This document shows, piece after piece, positions 17,400 to 27,000 of a stretch of 45,802 bases of DNA. The DNA comes from an uncultured Pseudomonadota bacterium (lineage in GTDB: Bacteria > SAR324 > NAC60-12), in assembly GCA_913052275.1 (NCBI GenBank), contig CAJXDX010000002.1, positions 1 to 45,802 of the forward strand, read 5' to 3'. Position 1 is the stretch's first letter. Each line of letters opens with the position of its first letter. Below the pieces are notes generated by a model. It worked only from the letters and a program-made list of their open reading frames with translations, was not told where the DNA came from and searched no databases. A program made the translations under genes and the position numbers.

Positions 17400-17681
17400 T
17401 CAGATTTTATTGTTCAATTCATCACGCCAAACTTTAGAGGGATGAAAAGTTACAACTCTTCGTGCGGAAATAACATAATCCCTTTTTGATTTAGGATCCC
17501 TGCCTGGTCGGGATTTTTTATCACGCAATTCAAATTTTCCTAAACCTGTGATGAGAACATCTTCACCTTTCTCTAATTTTTCCTTAATCAATTCCAACAT
17601 ATCATTGACCAATTTTTCAGCCTCGCCGAATTGGAGGTCAGTCCCCAGCTGGATTGCCCGCACGATGTCTACTTTTACCAT
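17400..17681 (-). CDS. Integration host factor / HU family DNA-binding protein (IHF-alpha-like)
   Basis: 93 aa. GLGKFELRDKKSRPGRDPKSKRDYVISARRVVTFHPS matches the IHF/HU beta-arm signature (RPGRNPKTGE...ARRVVTF). Confidence 0.85.
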   Translation of the reverse strand: MVKVDIVRAIQLGTDLQFGEAEKLVNDMLELIKEKLEKGEDVLITGLGKFELRDKKSRPGRDPKSKRDYVISARRVVTFHPSKVWRDELNNKI

Positions 17682-18050
17682 TCGATCCTCCGAAATTTGT
17701 CAAATTTTACAGATATTGTAATTTTTAAAATTTTTTAACTCAAATCACCTGCAAGCTTTCTCTAACAAAACTCTCTTAACTATTAGCTGATACTTAAATT
17801 TGTAAAGACTGAGAAAACAAGTGAGAGATACTATATCTATGGAAAACGTCTTCTACAATACTTTTTTTAAAAAATCTCAATTAAATCAATTTAAAATAAA
17901 AAAATGTGGTTCAAAAAGACTGAATCCAGCTTTAAACAGCTTATGTTTGAGTTTCTTGAAAAGGTTCAATAAGATGGACATTGATTGTAATCTATATTTA
18001 TATTTAAGAAGCTCAATTCATACTGAAAACTTCCAGAGGAGCATAAAAAT

Positions 18051-18482
18051 ATGTTTTTCAGACGATACAGAGCTCTTCTAATTCTGGGAATAGTTTTAGC
18101 TATCCTGATAGTGCTCATGTTTTTTTTCCAGCAAATTAAGCGTAATGAGCTGAATAATCAATTGACAAAGGTTGAGCTTCAAAATGTAAGGATAGGAGCA
18201 GGGATATCTAATGGGGTTCTCGGTACAGCAATTTTTGGGGAGATTTATAATAAGGGAGATAAAATAATAAGTATTGCCGAGATGAATGTTGAATTTATAA
18301 ACGAGGACGGTGAAGTTGCAAAAGTACACAAATTTTTCCCCGTCAATAAATTTTCTTTTAGGGAATCTCTACCTTTAAAACCTGGACAGTCTAAAGAATT
18401 CGGATTCCCAATCGATGATATCGTACCTGAAGACTGGGACGGTACATTCACAGCCAGACTGACAGAACTGATATTCAAATGA
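18051..18482 (+). CDS. Small single-pass membrane protein, function unknown
   Basis: 143 aa. An N-terminal TM helix (ALLILGIVLAILIVLMFFF) is followed by a probably beta-rich domain. GGAG lies about 10 nt upstream. The gene ends 11 nt before the acetoacetyl-CoA synthetase gene. Confidence 0.6.
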   Translation: MFFRRYRALLILGIVLAILIVLMFFFQQIKRNELNNQLTKVELQNVRIGAGISNGVLGTAIFGEIYNKGDKIISIAEMNVEFINEDGEVAKVHKFFPVNKFSFRESLPLKPGQSKEFGFPIDDIVPEDWDGTFTARLTELIFK

Positions 18483-18493
18483 AAACATAACAT

Positions 18494-20455
18494 ATGCCCA
18501 CTCCTCTTTGGCAGCCAAGTTCAGAAGAAAAGGGAAATACTCTTCTTACTCATTTCTCTAAGAAAATTCAGGCACAGTATGATCTGCCTGATTCTGAATA
18601 TTCAACTGTACACCAATGGTCTATTGATTACCCGGAACTTTTCTGGGAAGAAGTTTGGAACGATTGTAAAGTTTTATCTTCTAAATCATGGAGCAAGGTT
18701 ATGGGTAAGGATTTGTTCAATGTCAGAAATGATTCGGAGAGGTCCGGCTGGTTTGAAGGCGCCCGGCTGAATTATGCAGAAAATCTTTTACTTAGAAATA
18801 ACGATGAGAACGAGGCTCTGAGTTTTGTTGCAGAAAATGGCACAAAACAATCCATGAGTTATGCAGAGCTAAGAGCTGCGGTTTCCCAATGTGCTTCAGG
18901 AATGAAGGACATGGGTGTTTCTGAAATGGACAGGGTCGCAGCAGTGATTCCCAATTGTCCTGAAGCAGTAATTGGTCTGCTCGCTGCATCAAGTATTGGG
19001 GCAATCTGGTCTTCCTGTTCTCCTGATTTTGGCATTAAAGGCATTAACGATAGGCTTGGACAAATTTCCCCTAAAATTTTAATTACTGTCAATGCATATC
19101 ATTACAACGGGAAGGAGCATGACTGCCTGACAAAAATACGTGAAGTAACAAAGCTTATTCCTTCAATTGAGGCGGTATACGTAGTACCTTTTACTGAAAC
19201 AGAAATAGAATTTCAGGGCAACGAAAAGCCATGGACAGAATTGCTGGATTATTCAGCCAACACAACAATTTTTGCTCAGCTTCCTTTTGATCACCCACTA
19301 TACATTCTTTATTCATCAGGAACTACAGGATTGCCCAAATCTATAGTTCATGGTGCAGGAGGATGTTTGCTCAAGCATCTCACTGAACACCGATATCATT
19401 CTGATATAAATCCCGGTGACCGCGTATTTTACTTCACTACATGCGGATGGATGATGTGGAACTGGCTGGTGAGCTCGCTTGCTTCTGGAGCAACTATTAT
19501 TTTGTATGACGGGGCACCTACTTTTCCAGACGCAGGAAGAATGTGGAAACTGATTGATGAACAGCAAATTACACATTTTGGGACCAGTCCAAAGTTTCTT
19601 GGCGCAGTAAACAAGGCCGGATATTCTCCCAGGAAAAACAATCAGCTAAATTCATTAAAAGCAATTCTGTCAACAGGGTCACCTCTTCCGGGTAATTTAT
19701 TTTCATGGATTTATGAGGAAGTTGCATATGTCCCGGTTATGTCAATTGCAGGCGGCACTGACCTTGCCGGTTGCTTTATGGGCGGGAATCCTAATTTGCC
19801 GGTATACTCTGAGGAACTGCAGTGCAAAAGCCTCGGAATGAACACACTTGCATATGATGCTGCAGGAAAATCAGTAGAGTGTGAAAAAGGTGAGTTAGTC
19901 TGTGCAACTCCATTTCCATCCATGCCTATTTATTTCTGGAAAGATTATGACGGGGAAAAATATCATGATGCATATTTTGAAAAATTTCCTGGTGTTTGGA
20001 CTCATGGAGATTTTATAGAAATTACTGAACGTGGAGGGGTAATTGTATATGGCAGAAGCGACACTGTTCTTAATCCTGGTGGAGTAAGAATCGGCACTTC
20101 AGAAATATATCGGCCGGTAGAAGAAATGAGCGAGATTGTAGACAGTTTAGTAGTTGCCCAATCCTGGGAAAATGATGTTAGGATCGTCCTGTTTGTGGTT
20201 TTAAAGAAAGGAATAGAATTTGATGATGAGCTGATCTCAAAAATAAAAGCTACTATACGCAGCGACGCAACAACTCGCCATGTTCCTTCGCGCATTCTGG
20301 AAATTCAGGATGTTCCACGTACTATAAGCGGTAAAAAAGTAGAAAAGGCGGTTCTGCAGACCATCAGAGGTGAGAGTGTTGAAAATATTTCAGCACTTGC
20401 AAATCCTGAAAGTCTCTCAATTTTTGCTGATCTTCGTGAAGAGCTTAAAAAGTAG
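18494..20455 (+). CDS. Acetoacetate-CoA ligase (acetoacetyl-CoA synthetase)
   Basis: 653 aa. The N-terminal LWQPS...HQWSIDYPELFWEEVW is typical of this enzyme. It also has the AMP-binding motif YSSGTTGLPKSIVH, then THGDF and SGKKVE. Confidence 0.9.
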   Translation: MPTPLWQPSSEEKGNTLLTHFSKKIQAQYDLPDSEYSTVHQWSIDYPELFWEEVWNDCKVLSSKSWSKVMGKDLFNVRNDSERSGWFEGARLNYAENLLLRNNDENEALSFVAENGTKQSMSYAELRAAVSQCASGMKDMGVSEMDRVAAVIPNCPEAVIGLLAASSIGAIWSSCSPDFGIKGINDRLGQISPKILITVNAYHYNGKEHDCLTKIREVTKLIPSIEAVYVVPFTETEIEFQGNEKPWTELLDYSANTTIFAQLPFDHPLYILYSSGTTGLPKSIVHGAGGCLLKHLTEHRYHSDINPGDRVFYFTTCGWMMWNWLVSSLASGATIILYDGAPTFPDAGRMWKLIDEQQITHFGTSPKFLGAVNKAGYSPRKNNQLNSLKAILSTGSPLPGNLFSWIYEEVAYVPVMSIAGGTDLAGCFMGGNPNLPVYSEELQCKSLGMNTLAYDAAGKSVECEKGELVCATPFPSMPIYFWKDYDGEKYHDAYFEKFPGVWTHGDFIEITERGGVIVYGRSDTVLNPGGVRIGTSEIYRPVEEMSEIVDSLVVAQSWENDVRIVLFVVLKKGIEFDDELISKIKATIRSDATTRHVPSRILEIQDVPRTISGKKVEKAVLQTIRGESVENISALANPESLSIFADLREELKK

Positions 20456-20477
20456 CTTTATCCAGTTTCATCCTAAT

Positions 20478-21608
20478 TCAACTCCGTGATACTTCAAAAA
20501 TACGATTTCTTATTTGCAGGTAGAAATCCTGAAACGGCAAGTCAGGAAAATCAGACCACTGCATGAGTTCAAGTACATACTTTTTCAGCACGTTGCGCGA
20601 TAATCCGCGCTCCTCCCATCCGGCATGAACTAGAACTATATCAGAAGGCAATGGCTTACCATCTATATTTTGACGCATAAGGAATCTCAGTGCACTTTCA
20701 GGGTATTGCAGAACAAATTTTTCCATCGAAGGCACCCTGATAATGTCACTCCCAAACACCACATCTGTGTCATCTGAGCCAGATTGTTGCATACTGTGTA
20801 CTTTGTCTTCATCAAATTCAATTTCCTCTTCATTCTCAAATTCTGCATCAAAATTTACTGAAATATTCGAATCAGTTATTTTTATTAAATCCTTATCTTC
20901 CCCATTGAGTATCTTTTGGTCTACATCTTTGGTTCCACTGCTGTCATCCACTAGCAGCGATTCGCTGGAATTTCCCTCTGTTGTTATTAATTTTTCAACT
21001 GGTTCACCACGTAACTTTGCAATATGGCTTAAAAAGCTATTTACTAAAACACGCCCTTCCAAACGTTCACGGATTTGTTTTCTAAACTTTATCAGATCAT
21101 CAATACTGAAGTGTTTTTTATTATAATTTTGTTCTTTGTCCAGTTTCTGATTTGGGTTTTCTCCACCTAGAACAAGAATGTAATATGCTTCAATATACAA
21201 AAGCAAATCACTTAATGGATGCCCTTTTGGTTGGCGTAGACCGTGGGAAATATTGTAAAGAATATTGTAATGATGGTGCGTTCCTTTAGCCAGTTGGTCA
21301 AAAGCTTTTTTGATTCTTTGGCAAAGTTTTATTTCAAGCGTCTCCGCAGACCATTCGAATCGTTCAAGATATTTCACAAATTCATTAAGGCGTTCGCTGG
21401 AGACAAGTTTACGTAGAACCTGATTTTCTTGGTCAAAAAAATTTTTAATTACTGCACCACCTGCTTCTATCTCATTTGCAGTGGAATCTTCAAAAACAAA
21501 TCCTGATATTAATAGTTGGTCGCACAGCTTGAAGAGCAATGATTGCTGATCAGTGAGTAAAGAATCAAAACCAGCTCTTTTATCCTTTTGAATGGTATTA
21601 CGTTGCAT
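20478..21608 (-). CDS. Hypothetical protein (orphan; helical N-domain, acidic linker, C-terminal domain)
   Basis: 376 aa, with no family recognised. The central stretch is strongly acidic (DAEFENEEEIEFDEDK). A long uninterrupted ORF in AT-rich DNA, with a non-spurious composition, supports coding. Confidence 0.6.
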   Translation of the reverse strand: MQRNTIQKDKRAGFDSLLTDQQSLLFKLCDQLLISGFVFEDSTANEIEAGGAVIKNFFDQENQVLRKLVSSERLNEFVKYLERFEWSAETLEIKLCQRIKKAFDQLAKGTHHHYNILYNISHGLRQPKGHPLSDLLLYIEAYYILVLGGENPNQKLDKEQNYNKKHFSIDDLIKFRKQIRERLEGRVLVNSFLSHIAKLRGEPVEKLITTEGNSSESLLVDDSSGTKDVDQKILNGEDKDLIKITDSNISVNFDAEFENEEEIEFDEDKVHSMQQSGSDDTDVVFGSDIIRVPSMEKFVLQYPESALRFLMRQNIDGKPLPSDIVLVHAGWEERGLSRNVLKKYVLELMQWSDFPDLPFQDFYLQIRNRIFEVSRS

Positions 21609-21917
21609 CTGACCATCGATTTATGTCATCAAAACCAATATGAAAAATTAGATTTCTAAATTTAATTTGAGCATTTAAACCTGAAAATTTAATGCAAAAA
21701 ATATCTTTAATCAGGCAATTTATCTGAGCAAATGGAGCCGAGAAGGCAATATAATTGCGTTGTGATTAATCAGGATTTTTTCTAAGGTTATCAATAAAGG
21801 CTCAAGACTGAAATTTTTTCTTGAATTTATACTCAGCATTAATTTCAGGAGCTTTCAAATAATATCACAACAACATCATCCTGTAATTTGTTTAATTAAA
21901 TCTTTCGCTCTAATATT

Positions 21918-23858
21918 ATGATCAACCTTACTGATTTAGCCATAAATTTCGGTAATAAATCACTATTTGAAAATTCTTCTCTTACATTCGATCCCGGTAA
22001 ATGCTATGGGATAGTTGGTGCAAACGGTACAGGGAAATCAACACTTTTGCGACTGATTTCCGGTGATGAAAAACCTGTTTCCGGAACAATTTCAGTTCCA
22101 GCAAAGATAAACATTGGAGTTCTCCGTCAAAATCATTTCCAGTTTGAAAATATCACTGTTATTGAAGTTGTTTTGCTTGGTAAGCCTAAGTTGTGTGATG
22201 CGATACGTGAAAAAGATAACATCCTTCAATCTGGAAAGTTTGAAGGCGAAACAGGAATCAGACTGGGACAATTGGAAGAAATAATTGCAGAAGAAGACGG
22301 TTATGTTGCGGAGCCATTTGCTGCAGAAATTTTATCTGGATTAGGCATTGATGAGCAATATCACACTGGACCAATGAGTGCACTTTCAGGAGGATATAAA
22401 CTGCGTGTGCTTTTAGCACAACTGCTTTTTCAGCAGCCGGATGTGCTTTTACTTGATGAACCAACTAATCATTTGGACATCATTTCAATCCGCTGGCTGG
22501 AAAACTATTTAAGTTCTCAATTTAAGGGAACACTATTGGTTATTTCTCATGACCGCAATTTTCTAAATGCGGTTGCCAGCCATATTGTCGATATAGATTA
22601 TGAGGAATTACGACTTTATAGTGGAAACTATGAACAATTTCTTGAATCAAAGATTCTGGCAGAAACTCAAAAACTAAAGGAGTTGGAAACCTTCAATCGT
22701 AAAACTGCTGAAATGCAGGCATTTATCGACCGTTTTCGTGCAAAAGCCACTAAAGCCCGTCAAGCCCAGTCTCGTGTAAAACAATTAGACAAAATGGAAG
22801 TTCCGGAGGTTAAACGATCCTCCAGAATATCTCCGAGCTTTTGCTTTGAACAGTCCCGACACTCTGGAAGAACTGTACTGACTGTAAATAATTTGTGCAA
22901 ATCGTTTGCTGAAAAAACCGTGATTAAAAACATTTCTTTTGAGATACAAAGAGGAGAAAAAGTTGCCATCATTGGCCCAAACGGAATCGGCAAATCTACT
23001 CTACTGAAAATTATTCTGGGTGAAATTACTGCAGATGAAGGGATTTTTGAATGGGGTTATGAAACAAAAATCTCTTACTTTGCACAGGATCACCATGAAC
23101 AGTTGGATGGGAAAATAAATTCGTTCGACTGGCTTTACTCTTATGCTCCCCATGAATCAATTGGCACAATTCGGGGTTTACTAGGCAGAGTTCTAATTTC
23201 CGGAGACGAGGCCCTTAAGCAGGTTTCTGTATTGAGTGGTGGTGAATCCGCACGATTGCTTTTCGCACGAATCATGCTGGAAAAAAATAATGTACTGATC
23301 CTCGATGAGCCGACAAACCATATGGACCTGGAAGGAGTAGAGGCCCTGGGTGATGCATTAAACAAATTCGACGGAACTGTTGTGCTTGTAAGTCACTATC
23401 GACATTTTGTGGAAAAAGTTGCAGACCATATTCTTGAAATGACTTCTGATGGCATAAGGGATTTTTCTGGAAGCTATAATGAATATCTGGAAAAATTTGG
23501 TGAAGATCATCTTGGAAGAACGGTCTCAGTATCTTCCAAAAAAAAACACCCCGGAAAGCTTGAGTCGAAACAGAAGAAATTAAGCTTTGAGGAAAGAAAA
23601 AATCTTCAGCGTAAAATTTCTAAATTAAATAAGCAGGCAGCACGATTTGAATTATTAGTTGAAGAAACTGAGAAAAAAATTTCTGAGATTGAATCAAAAT
23701 TCGGAATAGAAGATTTTTTTCAAATAACTTCAAGAGAGGAAGTTGACAGACTGCAGGCAGAAAAGGGACGACTGAGCCAACAGCTGTCTGGGCACCTCAA
23801 ACAGTGGGAAATTTCATCACAGAATTTAGAAAACGCAAAAGAACAGTTTGATTTATAA
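21918..23858 (+). CDS. ABC-F family ATPase (Uup-like, with C-terminal coiled-coil extension)
   Basis: 646 aa. There are two ABC cassettes with no TM domain: Walker A GANGTGKST and GPNGIGKST, LSGG signatures, and LLLDEPTNHLD / LILDEPTNHMD. An inter-domain linker and a K/E-rich coiled-coil tail are present. Confidence 0.92.
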   Translation: MINLTDLAINFGNKSLFENSSLTFDPGKCYGIVGANGTGKSTLLRLISGDEKPVSGTISVPAKINIGVLRQNHFQFENITVIEVVLLGKPKLCDAIREKDNILQSGKFEGETGIRLGQLEEIIAEEDGYVAEPFAAEILSGLGIDEQYHTGPMSALSGGYKLRVLLAQLLFQQPDVLLLDEPTNHLDIISIRWLENYLSSQFKGTLLVISHDRNFLNAVASHIVDIDYEELRLYSGNYEQFLESKILAETQKLKELETFNRKTAEMQAFIDRFRAKATKARQAQSRVKQLDKMEVPEVKRSSRISPSFCFEQSRHSGRTVLTVNNLCKSFAEKTVIKNISFEIQRGEKVAIIGPNGIGKSTLLKIILGEITADEGIFEWGYETKISYFAQDHHEQLDGKINSFDWLYSYAPHESIGTIRGLLGRVLISGDEALKQVSVLSGGESARLLFARIMLEKNNVLILDEPTNHMDLEGVEALGDALNKFDGTVVLVSHYRHFVEKVADHILEMTSDGIRDFSGSYNEYLEKFGEDHLGRTVSVSSKKKHPGKLESKQKKLSFEERKNLQRKISKLNKQAARFELLVEETEKKISEIESKFGIEDFFQITSREEVDRLQAEKGRLSQQLSGHLKQWEISSQNLENAKEQFDL

Positions 23859-24054
23859 TGTTTTGCTAAAGTTTATGAAGTGTTTGCAAACCATTCGACA
23901 TATAAAGACCTTTGTTTAGCACAGTCGATCTTAATTTCAGTTCAGTATACTTTTGGTAGTGCATGAACAAAAAAAATTATATAAATCGTATTATTGGCAG
24001 AAATGTTTGAAAAACTATACAATAGATGACTATCAATTTAATGAAGAGGTCCAC

Positions 24055-27000
24055 ATGCGAAAGATAATTTTTCCCATTAAGTTCTTATTATTAGCATTAA
24101 TCTTTTTTTCACAACTTACACTTCCCATAAGCAACAGAGCTTTCTCCCAGACAACACCTGAAACTGCTGCTGAGCAGTGGAGTCTACGCCAGACAGAAAT
24201 TGAACAGTTTTATCAGGAAGGAGACCTGCAGGGCGCTTTAAATATTGCTCAGGAAGCAGTCTCACTGGCAGAAACGGCTTTTGGTCCCGCGTCTTTGGAA
24301 ACAATTTCCAGTATGCTGCTGCAGGCGCAAATTCACTCAGAACTGGATCAACTTGAAGAGGCTAATCAAATTTACCAGACAGCTCTTGAAACCACTGTGT
24401 CAGCCTTTGGAGAAAGTGATGCCGCAACGCTTTCAGTGCTTGACAGTTATGGCCAATTTTTAAATTCCATAGATCCGGAAATGGCTGAACCTATTCTGAC
24501 AGAAGCACTCCGGCTGTCAGATGATGAAGATCCACAACGTGCCGCCAGAATGAAAGCCTTGGGACAGAATTTTCAAGAAATGGGTCGCATCAGTGAAGCA
24601 GAGGAAATGCTCAATGAAGCACTGAAAGCATTTCAGACTTTGGTAGGAGAAAAAGATGCTGAAACTCTGTCTGCAATGGCTGTTTTAGCTCAACTGCAAA
24701 TGTCTCAGGGAAAACTCAAACCTGCTCAGGAATTATTTGAAACAGCCCTGCCTTTAATGCTTGAAGTGCTGGACGAAAAGAGTTTCCTGGCGTTGGAAAG
24801 CAAAGAAAATCTTGGAGAAATTTATCGTCAGCAAGGAAGTTTTTCACAAGCTGAAACACTTTTTCAGGAAACCATAACAGCTGCAGCAGCTGAATATGGT
24901 GATGAAGAACCGCTGGTCATCCAGGCGAAAAGTCATTTGGCCCAGCTATATGAAGATACCGGGAAGCTTAAGCAGGCATTGGCTCTTCATCAGCAAGTTT
25001 ACGAAACAGATCTTGCTATGCTTGGAGAAAATCATCCAAACACTGCAGGTGATCTGAATAATCTGGCAAGTGTACGTCGACGTCTTGGTGATTACCAAAA
25101 AGCGGAAAATCTATTTCGACAATCTTTAGACGTGATGATTTCCGTCCTTGGCGAAGATTCTCCACAGTCTGTTTCTGTGATGAATAACCTGGCATTATTG
25201 CTTGAAAACCAAGGTCTTTATGATGAGGCAGAGCCACTATTCAAAAAAGCACACACAATTTCAGGAAAAATCCAGGGTGAACGTCATCCAACAACTCTTG
25301 CTTTACTGAATAACCTTGCTTTTCTTTACGAGTCTCAGGGAGATTTTGAGCGTTCTGAACTGAATTATAGAAAAGTTATTCAACTCAACACTGAAGTTTT
25401 TGGTGAAGCACATTCAAACACCCTCTCAAATCAAAACAATCTGGCCTATCTGTTCCTTAGAGCCGAAAGATTCGATGAAGCCAGGCCCATATTCACAAAA
25501 GTACATAACCTTTGGAAAGAACAGCTAGGTGAGAATCACCAAAATACTTTGAAAGCATTGAACAACCTGGGAAGAGTTCATAAATCACTTGGGAATCTGG
25601 ATGAAGCAGAAAAACTCCTGACTGCTGCCCTGGATGGAAGAACTAAAGTTTTTGGTAAAAGGCATGCGGACACACTTCGAAGCATGAACGATTTCGGAGA
25701 GCTTTTAGTTATCCAGGATAAAAAGGAAGATGCTCTTAAAATTTTCAGAGAAACCCTGAAACTTGAAGAAGAAGTGCTGGGTGAAAACCATCCATATACT
25801 TTTGAAACGCTTAACAATTTGTCACAGCTGCTGGAAGATCTTGGAAAAACTGAAGAGGCTTATGAAATGTATAAAATAGGTTTTAATCGCCGCAACACTT
25901 TCTTTGATCGAGTTCTATGGGTGGCCGGAGACAATACCAGACAATCATATATCAAACTCCACAAACCTGAACAGGATGCCTACATTCGCATTCTTCTCAG
26001 TTTGGATGACGAACGCACCGCTCAAGACCTTTTAGAGGTAATTCTGCAACGTAAAGGAATGCTTTTAAAAATAACCAGTGAGACGCAACAGGTGGTAATG
26101 CTGTCAGGATCATCGGAACTGCAGGAAATTACTGAAAAACTAACCAATGTTCGTAAAAAACTGGCTTCACTCACTCTTGCAGGGCCTACTGATGAAAATC
26201 GCGATCAATTCGGGAAAATGGTTTATGACCTTGAGGAACAGGTAAACAACTATCAATTGGAGCTTGGAAAACAAAGTGCGAGATTTCGACAATCCACTCG
26301 AAAAATTCAGATTGATGATGTGCTAGCCGGATTAGATGAAAGCGCGCTGGTTGATTTTTTAACTTATCGTAAAAAAGATGATTCTTTAGCACTGCTCGCT
26401 GTTGTGGCCAATCAAGAAGGACTAAATGTAATACAATATGACGATTTAGAGATGATTCAGGCGATAATCATGGAATTGAGGGAAATTATCCAGGATGAAG
26501 GTGCTGAAGATGAAGATGTAAAAAGCGTGGCTTATGATCTTTGGGAAATTCTCTGGTCCCCGCTCAATGAATATATAGGAGAAACAGAATCAATCTTTAT
26601 TTCACCGGACAGTGTGCTCAATGTTTTGCCTTTTGATGCATTAACTGATGAAGACGACAGCTATTTGCTGGAAAATTATGATTTGAAGATCATAAGTTCT
26701 GCAAGGGATTTGGCTCTTGATCAGTTAACTGCTTCAAAAGGGGAAATGTTGATAATTGCTGGTCCGGACTTTGATTCTGATAAAATAATTAAATCACCAG
26801 AAGCCAGAAAAATATCACACAATAGGTCACGCAGTGTATCACAGGGAGCCCGTATGGGGTCAGGATTGCGCGGACTTAATTTCGACCCGCTGCCTGGAGC
26901 AGAAAAAGAAGGTGAGGTTATCAAGGAAGTCTCAGACACAAAGGAAAGATCTACCGTAATTTTTTCCCAGCGTATTGCAGAAGAAAATATATTGAGGAAA

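Noticed and set aside
17821-18081. 86-aa ORF in the IHF / membrane-protein intergenic region
   Set aside because: It has a non-ATG start in very AT-rich promoter DNA. It has an Asn/Lys/Phe/Ile-rich composition typical of random AT-rich ORFs. It overlaps the better supported start at 18051, and I see no RBS.
23953-24054. TTG-initiated 34-codon N-terminal extension of the TPR-CHAT ORF
   Set aside because: The extension (VVHEQKKLYKSYYWQKC...) has no signal-peptide or domain character. The internal ATG at 24055 has a GAAGAGG Shine-Dalgarno and yields a textbook signal peptide.
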